A stretch of DNA of 64,000 nucleotides, taken from the NCBI GenBank assembly GCA_951406725.2, contig OX597819.1, forward strand, positions 82,522,001 to 82,586,000, in the 5' to 3' direction. This document shows positions 1-12,852 of the stretch, piece after piece (position 1 is the first letter of the stretch; every line of letters begins with the position of its first letter). A program made the position numbers and the translations under genes. The notes under the pieces were generated by a model. The model had not been told where the DNA came from, did not search any database, and saw only the letters and a list, made by a program, of their open reading frames with translations. Origin of the DNA: Octopus vulgaris. Lineage: Eukaryota.

Positions 1-355
1 AAATATTACCTTAAGGTGAAGTACTTCAAGATAAACTCTTAATCACAAATGTTCAATCACAGCTAAAAACTATTTTTGTCTGGCAAATATAAAGCATCAT
101 TCATAGTCTCATAAGGAGTAGACGTGGTTTTCCTCTTGTATCATGCACCACATCTTGGATTGACCTTAATTTCATCTAATGGAGTTTTATCAGTGACTTA
201 GCTAGTGTATGTGCAGCCCTTGAGTTTTCCCTGTCCTACCCACCCACCCTATACAAGCTCATATAGCAGACCCAAAAGTGCTTCTCTCATAAAAGTGTCA
301 TCAGGGGCAAACCATCCCTTTTCCGCCATTCCCTCAGCTATGCCACTGAGTTTTA

Positions 356-569
356 CCCTTTCGTTACCGTAGTTCTGTTGAAATACATCTTTATTTCAAT
401 TAATTTTGAAAATAACAAAGAATTTAGTAAAACAACTGTCATTATTAAGATGGTGTTTGAGACAAATTAACATAAAATTTTGATATAGATTTTAATTTAA
501 ATCATTTTAAAAAGGAGGTTTGTATCACAGACCCAGAGGTGGTCTAAGGTGGGTGGGTATTAAAAAGGA
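356..569. mobile_element. piggyBac-like non-autonomous MITE (degenerate)
   Basis: Begins ttta|CCCTTTCGTTACC and ends GGTATTAAAAAGGA|ttaa, i.e. decayed TTAA-CCC...GGG-TTAA termini. A related internal fragment occurs near 50550-50620. Confidence 0.5.
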
Positions 570-649
570 TTAAAGCTTCTTTAAATATGTATATTCCCTA
601 TAACAATGCATGACTAATTTTTTACTGTTATTACAGAAATTAATATTTA

Positions 650-1001
650 TCTCTATATATATAAACGGCAAAATGTCTGTGTGTGTGTCCTTTATACAAA
701 TTCACAATTTTTCAGTTAGAGGGCCCGCACTTTCTATGGTCATTCAAAATTGTCCAAGGGTAGTCTTGCACATCTTTACATTTCCCCAGTCACCCCGCAA
801 AGCCATTAAAAATCAATAGAAATGACTTTTTGGTGAATTTTCTATCCAAAACCCAATCAAAATGCCTGAAGCTTGATATGCCAATTGAATGCCAGCTAGC
901 TGTATGTGATTGGTCAGAGATTTGGACAGTACTTGCGTCTATGTGCACATGCACGCAGCTGTATATGCATGCACTAGCACTATGACACGGCATAGTGCTA
1001 G
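650..1001 (+). mobile_element. Non-autonomous Helitron
   Basis: a|TCTCTATATATATAA 5' end, terminal hairpin CTAGCACTATG-acacgg-CATAGTGCTAG, and CTAG|t 3' end. Inserted between A and T with no TSD. Confidence 0.7.
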
Positions 1002-1409
1002 TTAGTAAATATTTTGTTTAGTAAAGAAAGATTGTTGAACTGCAATCAGTTTCTAGATACCATGGCCTAGTGACAATATGATTAAATACTTTGTACTTCA
1101 TTTAACTTACACTCATAACAATACTCAGGATATCCTCAAACTCATAGCTCAACACTTCAACTCTTTCAATCACACCTCTGAACACCTCTCAGTCTATGAT
1201 TTTCTTGAAACCCTAAATTTTAGGGTTTTACTCTAAACCCTAAAATGCAAAAACTCTGGATACTTTTACTATGCAAGGGCATTTATACACATCATAACTT
1301 CTTTTTCTTCCTTTCAACAATATTTCCTCCATCCACAAAGACTGCTTTGTTGTTTTCATTCTGGTATGAATATTTTTTACATATCCTATTTATTGGCTTG
1401 ACTCTGTTT

Positions 1410-1692
1410 TTAAGAAGCCAACGTTGCAAGTGTATTCTGCTATAGCCTCAGGCTGACCAATAACTTCTGAGTGAATATGGTATGTGTGTGTATGTGTTTT
1501 TTGCTTGCCCTCACCCACTGCATGTTTTGTTTGCATCTCCATAACTTTGCAGTTCAGCCAAAGAGACCAGAATAAATACCAGACTTAAATAAGCACTGAT
1601 GTTGATCTGTTTGACTAAACATTTAAGTGCAGTGCCCAAGCATAGCTGCAGTACATTGACTGAAGCAAAGTAAAAGAAAGTAAAAGAAAAAT
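1410..1692 (+). mobile_element. SINE family A copy (5'-eroded)
   Basis: Matches the body of the 29515 copy (ctatagcctcaggctgaccaa...gtgcccaagcatagctgcag...tgactgaagcaaagtaaaag). Confidence 0.65.
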
Positions 1693-2161
1693 ACAATAAA
1701 TTTAACAATTATTTTTCGAATATAATCCATACTATGCTCTATGGTTCAAGTGAGTATTGTCCAGTATTTTACATTTGTTCAGCTAAGAATGTTTATCATT
1801 TGCTTCACAGGTTTATGGTAGTAATGTTTCCAGCATTGTGGTATTGTTTTCCTTTTATCAGATTGCATTGAGTGCCATGTATTTTTATATGTAAAATGAC
1901 TTTTGATAACACTTGATCTTATGTAGCATCACATTTCACAAGACCAAATGTGTTATATATCATACAGGAAGCTGCTGCTATTGCTGCAAAGATTTAGCTG
2001 TTGTTGCTGCTGCTGCATCTTCAGCAGCTGCAACTGTTTACAGCTGACTTCATTCTCTGAATGGTGATAGCTAGTATTATTTTCCTTCGGTATATCAAAT
2101 ATTTTTGTATTATCTTGCACATTTTTCTTATCTAACTATATCTTTCTAGCTGTATGTCTGC

Positions 2162-2193
<32 letters not shown>

Positions 2194-2519
2194 AGTATTT
2201 ATTTTTTGTGTATTAAAGCCTATAAGCTTCTTATAACCATCACTGCTGAAGAATTTGTCTTTATGCTGTGTACATGACACATATCATGTGGGTAGAACTC
2301 ATTTGTCTCTAACAATCTCTGCATAAATTATTCTCAGTATTGGAAGTGGGCAAAAGTTTCATCAGTTTTATACTGTTACTTCTCTTGCGTACAGTACTAA
2401 GAGGTCATTGTATTATTAGCCACTTGTGTGTATGTGTGTGGCAGATGGAAACTGATACATTAAATTCCATACCAAAGAAGATATTGTTGAGGCTCAATGG
2501 TAATAACTACAAGGTCCTG

Positions 2520-2817
2520 TTCTTGTTGTGGTGTGGTGGCTTGTAAGCTTCAGTGACCCCAAGAGCTATGCCAATAGCGTGCAAGCTCCTAGTAGGACCT
2601 CCAATGTTACACTAGTCAAAGGATAGAGACCAGATTAAAATAGTGCACTTCTTCCCTGAGGTAAAAATGGGTTTGTGCAGGGCTAACACTCTACCTAGAA
2701 AAATAGAAAAGTTACAGAAGCATCAATAACAATTTGAAGCCAAGACTTGAGAAAGGACCAAAAAGTCATCAATAGCTTTTACTCCATAAGGAGCAAAAGG
2801 CTTCAGTCAGAAAGTCA
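2520..2817 (+). mobile_element. Short RTE-related non-autonomous retroposon (5' end joined to 3' end)
   Basis: The start (ttgttgtggtgtggtggcttg...gacccc.agagctatgcc...gaccagatta...ggctaaca) resembles RTE 5' UTRs. The end (ctccataaggagcaaaaggcttcagtcag) resembles RTE-type 3' termini. No ORF. Confidence 0.4.
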
Positions 2818-5002
2818 ATGAAAATAATATAGAAAGAGTGAAAGAAAGAGAGGAGTACTTGAGCATAAAATCATATATATCAGCAAGAATGGTTAGTTTG
2901 TGGCTTAATTTATTAAGGTGGATGTCAGTTGAACGTAATATATGATTTTTAAATGTAGGTTGAATATTTAAAAATTTGTTTGAACGTGGTTACTCTCTCA
3001 AGAATAGACATGATTGTCACGTTTCTCTCTTTCTTTTTCCTTTGTTCTTGGTTTGAAGGGCATCTTCAGGTACCAGCTAAGATCCATGAATAAGGTCAGA
3101 TATGTTATAATGTTGGCAGATAGCTAAACTCATATGTTAAATTTCTTAATTTGGTGTGAGTTTTCCTCTTGTACCAGTTGATATTTGGATGTAGGTATTC
3201 TGTGGTGTTATGTATAGCATCTGATCTAATGTTAAATTTCTTTCGACAATAAGTTGTAGAACTCAAGTGTTGCTTTTTATATTTGTGATATTTGCTATTG
3301 TCTCAGTTTCAATTCCTGTTTTGTTTTTAATGGCAGAGACTCTTTCTATAGAATATGCCAGTTAATTTCTTGATTCATATTGTTAGCTTTCTTACAACTA
3401 GGAATTATATGCAAGCTTCCCAAGCTATATGGCACTGTTGATGGAGTGTAACAGTAATAAACAGGCCAATAGAATAACTATTTCATCATCAAAACTTTCT
3501 AGTATTTAATTCTTTCAGTATTTTCACCGTGTTTCCTTTTGTTTTTTTCAGTTCATTAAACTCAATCTAATTGTTCTGCTGCAGTACTTGTGATTTGTTT
3601 CCTAAATATTTTTCTTTTAAACAAATGAGGGAAGAAATCACTTGTGAATTTTTAGCCTGTCCTTGACATCAGTAATGCATTTCTTAGTTATCCGTTTTCC
3701 ATGATCAATAAAGTAAGAAAACTTGTGTGTTTGTGAAATTAGAACCTGCTAAGATCTTATGTCAATAATTGGCTATTAGTTAAGGAGTATAGTTTATGAA
3801 ATCCTATTCAAAGCAAACTTTATTTTTGCTTAAATCCAACTTTATATTATTGATTTACCATTCTCTAAAAAAGTTTGAATGTATTTACCTCTAGCAAATC
3901 TTACAATAACACTGCTAAGATTTTAATGAAAATGATATAAGTTTCAACTTGAGACAAAAAGCAAAAAGCAAGAACAGAAAATTAAATAATAAAAAAATAA
4001 CATTTGGTTTTGATGCTCTTTTCTGTCTCAGATTGATGCCTATAATGTCTAATAACAAGAAAATCTTCTTTAACTTCTTTTAGATTTTGATTTATCTTAG
4101 TTTTATTGATGTTTTATCATATAGTACTCCAACATGAAATCTATATCTGTTGCTCTAAGAATGAAAATGACTTTGACATTTGAAGTGATATTAAGGAAAA
4201 CTCTTTGTGGGAAAATTTTTGCTGAGTAACTAAAGAACTGCAAAAGTTACAGAATGAGTTGTTTTTCTTTTTCATTCTGAGTATTCTCCATCCTTTAAAT
4301 AATTTATGAAATTAAGGAAGAATAAACAACAAAATAATATCAATGAGTCTGGTGCAGCCATCTGGTTAGCTAGACCTCAGTCAAATCGTCCAACCCATGC
4401 TAGCATGGAAAGTGGGCGTTAAACGATGAGGATGATTTAAAAGGGTTAGCCAGTTACTGTAGACAAAAGAGAACTTTCCCTGTTTATAATATGAGTGCTT
4501 TTGATGTTATCAAAATTCCAGGTTTACTTACAGTTAAGTCACACATATCAAGGATGAAAAAGCACAGCTGAACTTCACCAAAGCTTATTGCAATATTTAT
4601 GAGCCTGTTGATACAAAGCAAATAATCATCAGCTTTTATAATTGCCAAATATGTTATCTTTTGTGAAATCTGCACGTATACAAGAAAGCCATTTCAATGG
4701 TAGTTAGTTCCTTGTTACCATAGTAATGGAGAGATAGTGATAAATATATTAAACAACTAAAAATACTTAACGACAGTCCTTGCATTCATTGAAAAACATT
4801 GATATTATTTCAGAATTTAACCTGAAAATCCTAGCAAAAACTTAACTTTTTTAGCATGGAAAATTACGTATGTACACTGAGATCACTCTACTACACACAC
4901 AAAGCTAAAATTAGCTTCTCAAGTTAAAGCTTTATCCTCTCCCTGCTCAAAGTATTTTCATTCTATGGAATGTTTATTAGACATTAAGTTTATGTATATA
5001 TA

Positions 5003-5270
5003 TCATCATCATCGTTTAACATTGCTCTTCATGCTAGCATAGGTTGCACGGCTTGACTGGGGATTGGCAAGCCAGATGGCTGCACCAGGCTCCAATCTGA
5101 TCTGGCAGAGTTTCTACAGCTGGATGCCCTTCCTAACGCCAACCACTCCAAGAGAGTGTAGTGGGTGCTCTTACGTGCCACCGGCACGAGGGCCAGTCAG
5201 GCGGTACTGTCAATGGCTACACTTAAGTGGTGTTTTTTACATGCCACCTGCGCAAGAGCCAGTCCAGCAA
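5003..5270 (-). mobile_element. RTE LINE 3'-end fragment with (TGA)n tail
   Basis: Reverse complement of the 50783-51090 copy; starts with catcatcatcgtttaac. Confidence 0.7.
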
Positions 5271-5749
5271 TATATATATATTACTATCATCATCATCTAA
5301 TATCCATATTCTATGCCAGTATGGGTTGGACAGTTTGACTGGATCCAGCAGGTTAGAGGAGTGTGTCAAGGTCCAATGTGTGTTTTGGTAAATTTTTTAT
5401 AGCTAGATGGCCTTTGCAATGCCACCTTCTTTGCAACATGTTATGTGCACTTTTTCAAGTCCTTAGCACTAATGAGATCAATTAGCTCACAAGACAAGAT
5501 CCCTATACAGACTGGGGGAAGGTACAGTATTGAGTGGTGGCTTATGCTCTAATGCACAAAGCATGTGGTTTTATTTGCATTCCAAAATGTGTGCTGTAAC
5601 TTTTAATCGATCAATATTCATATGGTGTACTTTTAACATATTCATGACCTACAGGCAAGCACTAGAGATAGGCATCAGGATGTGGTGTACTAATTCTCCA
5701 CTCTGCATTTAAAAGTAAAAAACAATATTCATATGGAACGAAAATTAGA

Positions 5750-7230
5750 AAACACCCAGTACTACTACTGATGTGTGTGTCTATGGATGATATTACCACC
5801 ACAGTAGAAACAAGGAGAGAAGCTAAATGCCTCTTGCGCAATTAGATGAAGTATTCCAGCAAAGTTGACTGCATGCAAATGGCTAAAATAACATCATGAT
5901 CTGTTTGCAATGTAAGGTCAAGTTAAGCAATTTCTCTTTAAAACTAAAGAGGAGTTGCTTCCAGTGAAAAGGTACCTACACAGTACTCTTGATTGATGCC
6001 ACAGATGGTATCGTGATTGAGGCCAATTTTAAACATTGACAACTGTTGTTTGATGAGTAAGTTTGATGTGTGACCTTAACAAATTTAACCATTTGCTGAA
6101 GACCTTACAAGTTTTTATATGTGTTGTTTGGTTTCCTGTCATGCTTTACAGGAACTAGATTGTATAGTGCCACTGCATAACTTCAGCTGCTTTTAGCATC
6201 AATGGTAAAGAAGTTATAAATAATAAAAGCCTTCTGCCTTATGATACTGTAGATTCACTATATTCCAATATTCATGTGATCCATCCAATAGTAATAACAC
6301 CTAGGAAATGAAACATATGACTTCCACCCCATCCCACCAAAAAAAAAATCAGTTGAAGAGTGACAGAGACTTCTCTGAAACAGAAGAGGTGAGAGTTGTG
6401 ATGCAGTACTTGATTGGGATCAATACAGTAAAAAAATGGATATCCTGCCAAAAATAACAAAGGTATGCAAGATATTGTCTTAAAAGAAATTCATCTTCTT
6501 GGAGAGTAAGAGTGAGTGACTAAAGCAGTAGGACTCAGAAAGCCATTGCCCATGGGTGGCATTGAAGATATCGGTACAAGGGAAACTATTGTTGAGCATG
6601 AGCATGTCTTGAAAGCATTCAAGTCTTTCCTTACTGAGTATTCCTAGTATCTTATTCCAGTCTTGAATATCAATTCTAATGTCCTGAAACAACACTACAG
6701 CATTGCTATTGCAATGAGAATCTATACTGTTATAGCCTGTTTCTACAAGGGGAATGAGAAAAAAACACTACAGCTTAAACCAAAGGAAGCTGAAGCCCAA
6801 ACATCTGGATGGTGCTAATGACTAGAAAGGGCAAACAGATTTGAATGCAGCACTCATATTCCAAGACTATATTGCAATAGTAAAGGAATTTCTTGATCTC
6901 ATGGCACTATCTTTTATGGCATTGCCATAATCTTCTGACTACGAAGGTCTTCATTGCTGAGTTGGTTGTGCTACTGAATGGCAATATTAGAAAAAGAAAC
7001 TAATGTATGATGTACTAAGAGAATCATTTGAGACACGAGGATGGTTATGTCTCTCTTAGAGGTGGGATATCATGGATTTGTATTTAGACTCCCATTACTT
7101 TGGACATAGGAATAACAGTTGAATAGGGATTTAAGAACTGAATAAGAAAGCAGAAAATTCTTTACAAATATAGCAGCAACATATGAGAGAAAGACTTCAC
7201 TTGAGAGCAAAGAATAAATTTTCATCAAGT
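5750..7230 (+). pseudogene. Highly degenerate R2-superfamily (HERO-like) non-LTR retrotransposon, RLE endonuclease region
   Basis: Manual translation of 6805-7085 across frameshifts gives LDGAND*K, DLNAALIF, KVFIAELVVLLNGNI, KLMYDVLRESFETRGW and EVGYHGFV. This matches the L..A.DW / ELTVP.E.NI / K..KY..L...GW / EVG.RGF pattern of RLE domains. Outer limits are uncertain. Confidence 0.5.
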
Positions 7231-7346
7231 ACTAAAGCAAAATATTTGTTGCATGGCTGGAGAGGTTTGGTGTAACAGCTGCAAAGATAATGGAGGAGAA
7301 AAGGTTTGCTTCAGAGTGGCCAAAAGAATCTGGGCTTTCCCTGGTT

Positions 7347-7383
<37 letters not shown>

Positions 7384-8082
7384 TTACATACTAAAATGAT
7401 AGTATGAGGGAACATCAGTATAGCATTAAAGTGAAGTTGGAATTCTGAACAAAGAAATCATCTTTAGTATATTTGATATGCATCTATATAGATAATATGT
7501 ATATCTAGTTATAAAAGGCATTAATTTCGTCTGAATGGATACAGTTAGATACACATTTATATATCTGTGTATGCATGTGTGTGTGTGGGTGTGAGAGAGA
7601 GAGAGAGAGGGAGAAAGAGAATATGTAGATGTGTGTGTAAGTAAATGTATGTGAGACGATACATGGAAAAAAGTTAGTATGTCAAAGGAAAGCATCAATT
7701 ACCTTGACCAACCTACTTAATCTTACTTCACTTTCCAGGCAACCATGAACTAATCTAAGTAGTTTGTGTAGCATCACTGGGTTGTAGGCATGCATAAATT
7801 GTGGCCACAAATATATGCGATACATAACTATGTGGTTCATTGCTGAGACAATTTGACCTCTGTCAATGTGCCTCTAGATACTGTCAAATATCATGATCTA
7901 TACAAAGTTAGTCATCACCCAAATGAAATTCAAAATTTTTTCCTTCAACACTGCCAAAAGAAATTTTCTGAATGGCCAAAAAGACCCCCTCATATATAAT
8001 GTGTGTATTCTAGTGAAAGAGTTTGTATGAAGTCAGAGAGAAAGTGAGAGAGGGTGAGTGTGTATGTGCGTGAGTGTGTGTT

Positions 8083-8126
<44 letters not shown>

Positions 8127-8168
8127 GCATGTGTAGACTGACTAATAGAGTACCTCAAAATCCCAGTA

Positions 8169-8646
8169 CCATAAATCCTCGAGTATAATCCACATTTCCC
8201 CCCAAAATTTAAAGGTCAAAGTCCCTAGTGCATACTATATATGAGGTTAAAAATGAAAATTATTTTCTAAGCAATGTCCAAGTCTCTATTTGCTGTCCAG
8301 CAATGTTTATTCAGATGCATTTTGTTATGTCGGGTGTGAAAATACCTTAAAGCATCCATAACTTACAGTTAGCAACATTTATTAAACGTTATTACTGTTA
8401 TTACTGTTATTTCTTTATTTTCTGTAAACAAAATGCACAAAAAAGGCTACACGTTTGCATTATGTTATATTTACAATAATAATAAAGGACGTTACCGTAT
8501 ACATTTTTACGTTATATAGACCTCCGTGACTCAAGTTAGAGAAGGGGTGCATATTATACACAAGGTTTAGGTTTTTCAGAGGTACAGCCCCCTAAAAATC
8601 CCCTGCATATTACACTCAAGAGTGGATTATATTCGAGGATTTATGG
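8169..8646. mobile_element. Tc1/mariner-superfamily (Tc2/pogo-like) MITE
   Basis: TIRs CCATAAATCCTCGAGTATAATCCAC / GTGGATTATATTCGAGGATTTATGG, flanked by TA (8167-68 and 8647-48). Internal subterminal repeats; no ORF. Confidence 0.8.
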
Positions 8647-8796
8647 TAATAATTATGAATGGATATTGATAACATTTAAAGTCCTCAAGGATATAAATCA
8701 TTCTGCACAAAATATAAGTTACTTCAAAAATGAAGTACTTCTTGTACAGTTTTACTCCCATTATGTTTTCATGAAGGTAGGCATGTATGTATGTAT

Positions 8797-8835
<39 letters not shown>

Positions 8836-8931
8836 ATGTATGTACATACATGTGTATGTATGCATGCATGTTTGTATGAAAGTACATATGAATTCCAAGT
8901 TTGCTGGAAGATATGATAAATTATCAAATAA

Positions 8932-9413
8932 CACTGTGTAACAAAATTTTTAATTTTGAAATTTTGTTAGTAAGTGTTATTTCTGATTTGCTTCTGTCTA
9001 GAAATCAAAGGAAATAACTACTACTATCTTCAAACTTTGCTTTTGTGACCCAGACATCAATACTTTGAATTGACCTATGTTCTATAATATTTCGGACAGA
9101 TTCAGTGCTGAGTTACTCAAACAGAAATATCGTTATAGCAAATATTCTTTTCAATACGACTAATTTGTTTGTCTGCTTCTTGATCTTAACCACTTGAACA
9201 TGTCCCTTAGTGACTGACAATAAGTGCATCTCTGATCATGAGCAGCAGTGGGGAAACATCTTAGCCATGTGTCAAGAGGGGCTCTTTGAGGTTTGAATAA
9301 ATGTAAGAAAAGCAAAGTTTGAAGGAAATATTAGCCATTTCTCGTACTTTCTAGGAAAAAGCAAATAGGAAATAACAGTTGCTATCCAAGGACAAAATTC
9401 ATGTTACACAGTG
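8932..9413. mobile_element. TIR element with CACTG termini (possibly CMC/EnSpm-like), non-autonomous
   Basis: CACTGTGTAACA at 8932 pairs with TGTTACACAGTG ending 9413. Inner inverted matches: ttatttc.gatttgctt / aagcaaat.ggaaataa and aaactttgctttt / aaaagcaaagttt. Confidence 0.55.
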
Positions 9414-9651
9414 AAATTTGGACTCTGTTAGTAGTCTCACACTCCACTCCTATATACCACACAATGTAAAAACAATCATTATACGGGATAGCATACAGAC
9501 TTCCGATCATGTTATGAGGTAATAAGAAGTACAGGAAATGTAATTGGTAATTTTACGCTTTATATAACACACATGCATTTCCACAAGCCAGTTGGTACTC
9601 TTCGAAGCAAATGACTGTGTGTGTGTGTCACATGGATATGCATGTATGTGT

Positions 9652-9718
<67 letters not shown>

Positions 9719-10133
9719 CATACATACATGTATATAATGTATTTATACACACACACACATATATATATACACACACAGATATGTATATATGTACATATAT
9801 GGTGGGGTCCTGCACAGTTTCTGTCTCCCAAATTCTACTCACAAAGGATTGGTCAGCCTAAGGTTATAATAGTAGAAGACATTTGCCAAACATACTGTGC
9901 AAGGGGATCAAATATGGAACCACATGTTTGCAAAAGCAAAATTCACAGTAGATGCCTATATACACAGTGTGCTTAAGCTCTGTGTTTAAGAAGTTCATAT
10001 CTCAGCACAGGTTTAGGTTCAGTCCTACTGTGTGGCACCTTGCATAAATGTCTTCAGCTATAGCCCCAAGCTGACCAGATCCCTGTGAGTGGATTTGATA
10101 GACTAAATCTGAAGGATGCTTTTCGTGTATATA

Positions 10134-11020
10134 CAAGATGTTCCAAAATGAAGGGAACTGAAGTTTCGGGCTTTAATAACCATCAATAAATGTGATAAGA
10201 TATGAAAATTATGCATCATTATAAAAGCTTAGAGTGTTTCCTTTTTGTTTCAGACTAAATAAATTCAGATTTATAAATTGCATAATGACTGTAGACCGAA
10301 ATACAATCATAACCCTCCACAAAGGAGGTGAAAGTAATACAGCTATATCAAAAAAAGCTTAAAATTAAACAAAAACCAATGATCTGGAAAATTGCCAAGA
10401 AATTTCAAAAGACTGGTTCCATCACTGATCAACCTGGACGTGGCTGAAAAAGAAATGTGTGGACCCCTCAGCTTATCAAAAGTACCAGAGAAAAGATACG
10501 GTGAAATCCCCACCATTCCATTAGAAAACTAGTTGTCACAGCAAAAATAAGCTGAACATTGATGTATCAAGTGCTGAAGGAGGATCTCAGGACCCACCCT
10601 TACAAGATGATCCACCGTCATGAGTTCACGCTAGTTTATAAGGCCATGAGAATGGAGAGAACTTGTCTTATCCTGTATCAGACTGCTGAAGGCATGCTGC
10701 CCAACCTGGTGTTCACTGATGAAAAGAAATTTGACATTGAACAGACAGTAAATCACCAGAAGGACCGACTTTGGAGTATCTGGCTCCATTGAGGGTAGAC
10801 TGATATATCGATATCAAAATCCAGTCAGTAATGGCTTGGGCAGCTGTAACAGGAAGGTCTCGCCTCATTTCTGTACCCTAAGGTGTTAAAATTAATACCC
10901 AGCAATACTTTAGCGATATTCTGGAAGCTGAACTGCTTTCATGAGTGAATGAGCATTTTCAAGGTGCAGATTGAAGCTTCCAACAGGACTTGGCACCATC
11001 CCATAGTTCTATGGGAACAC
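10134..11020 (+). mobile_element. 3'-truncated maT (DD37D-like) Tc1/mariner element with decayed transposase
   Basis: TA|CAAGATGTTCCAAAATG left end and ATG at 10285. Translation through stops and frameshifts: MTVDRNTIITLHK, TGSITDQPGRG, EDLRTHPYK, LVFTDEKKFDIEQTVNHQKDR, SVMAWAAV, GVKIN, FQQDLAPSH. Ends before the third catalytic residue; no right TIR. Confidence 0.75.
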
Positions 11021-11193
11021 ATGCATATATATAAAATTGATAAAAGGTGTTTTTTTTCTGATTTTTATATATATATTATATTTTGTGAAATTTGATTTAG
11101 TATTTCTAAATTGAATTTTTCCCTGTAAGTTAGGAATAATATTCCCTCAAATAATAATTATTATTATATATATATATATATATATATAATTAT

Positions 11194-11231
<38 letters not shown>

Positions 11232-11714
11232 GCATATATATATACACACATACATATATTTTCATGCATATATATATATCTGCACCCACACTTACATGCA
11301 CACACACACACACACACACATTACTAATAGGATTCAAAAGACAATGTTTTCTGAAATATTCGAAGCCTCATGAAAACTGAGAAAGATATCAGAATTTAAT
11401 CTTTACATCTGAAATGTCTAAAATGTTTTATCATTCAATAAATGCAATAGCAACTTTGTATTCAAAGACATTAGAATAAGTTTCATTTAAGCTGTAAATT
11501 TTCTCCTTAGTGATTTTACCATCATCATCATTGTTATTTTCATTTTACATTGGCTTTCAATGTTGACATTATTTTGACAGATCATTACAATATGAATTAT
11601 TTATTAATGAGAACTATTGCTCTTGTAGATTAGTCTTCATAATTTTGTGAGTTTCAGTTATCTGGCTGTGATTGTCCTATATTTATACGCTAGTTCATCT
11701 CAAAATGTTTGATA

Positions 11715-12070
11715 CAAGATCACTTCCTGCAGTGAGCCCTCCCTCTCAGAGAGTCCTTGTGTTGCAAGTTACTTGGTGACCCTGACAGTGCTGATGCCAC
11801 ATGAAAAAAGCATCCAGTAAAGTGGTTGGCATTTGGAAGGGCATCCATTTGTAAAAACCATGCCAGAACTGACCCCAGCTGTGCTGGTGCCATGTAGAAA
11901 GCACTCAGTCCACTTAGCGGGGTAGTTGGTGTTAGGAAGGACACCCAGCCATAAAAACCATGCCAAACTAGACACAAATCTAGGGCAGTCTTTTTCCTGG
12001 TCAGATCCTGTCAAACCATCAAACCCATCCTGGTATGGAAGGAGGATGTTAAACAATTATGATGATGATG
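11715..12070 (+). mobile_element. RTE LINE 3'-end fragment with internal duplication
   Basis: Two consecutive gtgctg.tgcca...aaaagca...gttgg...ggaaggg.atcca units, followed by gtcaaaccatc...ggatgttaaac and (TGA)n. Confidence 0.65.
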
Positions 12071-12102
12071 AATGCTTCACCACCCCCTTTTTTTTTTCAA
12101 GC

Positions 12103-12520
12103 GCTGCAGACATGACAGTATGTTTAAGAAGTATGCTTCACAGCCATGTGATTGTTAGCTCGGTCCTACTGCACAACTCCTTGGGCAAGTTTCTCCTACT
12201 ATAGCCCTTGTGAGTGAATTTGGTAAAGAGAAACTGACTGAAAAGCAGTCTGTTATATGTCATGTTCATATCTCGACATCATGAACTAATTGTAAACAGA
12301 TGTCCCTGTCATACAAGCAGTGTCATTCATTTACAATCTTTATTCAAAACATGTTGAGTGTTCATTTGTGTTTAAAAGACAAAAAGAAAATATTATCTTA
12401 CTTGGAAACAGCGAAAGTTGGTTACAAGAAGAGCATCTAGCTGCAGGTAAATCTGCCTCAAAGAATTTTGTCTGGCTCATGCAAGCATGGGAAAATAGTC
12501 ATTAAATGATGATGATGATA
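12103..12520 (+). mobile_element. SINE family A head with RTE-type (TGA)n tail (variant B)
   Basis: Family A 5' part (ttgggcaagtttctcctactatagcc...gagtgaatttggta) followed by ...catgcaagcatgggaaaatagtcattaaatgatgatgatg. Confidence 0.6.
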
Positions 12521-12825
12521 ATGATAGTGGCGATAGTGATGGCGGTGGTGGTGGTGGCCGTGGAGGGGGTGGCAGTGGTAGTGGTGGCAGTGATGGTGGT
12601 GGCAGCAGAGAGATTTGGTTTCTGTTTCTGGCTGTTCACACAACTATCGATATTTATTGGTTTTCTCGTTGGCTTCATGTGATTAATAATTTTATCAGGT
12701 AAATTAGAAAGCAAACATCAATCTTTAAATTGTACGTGTATACTTTTCATTTCATCATATTTCTTCTACATTTACATAAATTATATATATATATATATGT
12801 ATTCTTATATCTTATAATAATATAA

Positions 12826-12852
12826 CTATTTTCTTGCATTTTTCAGGTAAGG
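12826..12852 (+). promoter_or_regulatory. Candidate recursive splice site (acceptor immediately followed by donor)
   Basis: ctattttcttgcatttttCAG|GTAAGg: polypyrimidine tract, AG at 12845-46, GT at 12847-48, in non-repetitive sequence. Confidence 0.3.

Noticed and set aside
1208-1244. aaaccctaaa/tttaggg telomere-like motifs
   Set aside because: Only three scattered units forming a small palindrome; not an array.
10715-10730. CTGATGA matches here and at about 22429, 17328 and 45102
   Set aside because: They lie in transposase coding motifs (FTDEK, TDDET) or lack the downstream GAAA, stem III and stem I pairing, so they are not hammerheads.
12458-12714. Poly-His and poly-Thr ORFs
   Set aside because: They derive from the expanded (TGA)/(TGG) tail of a retroposon; there is no splice or domain support.
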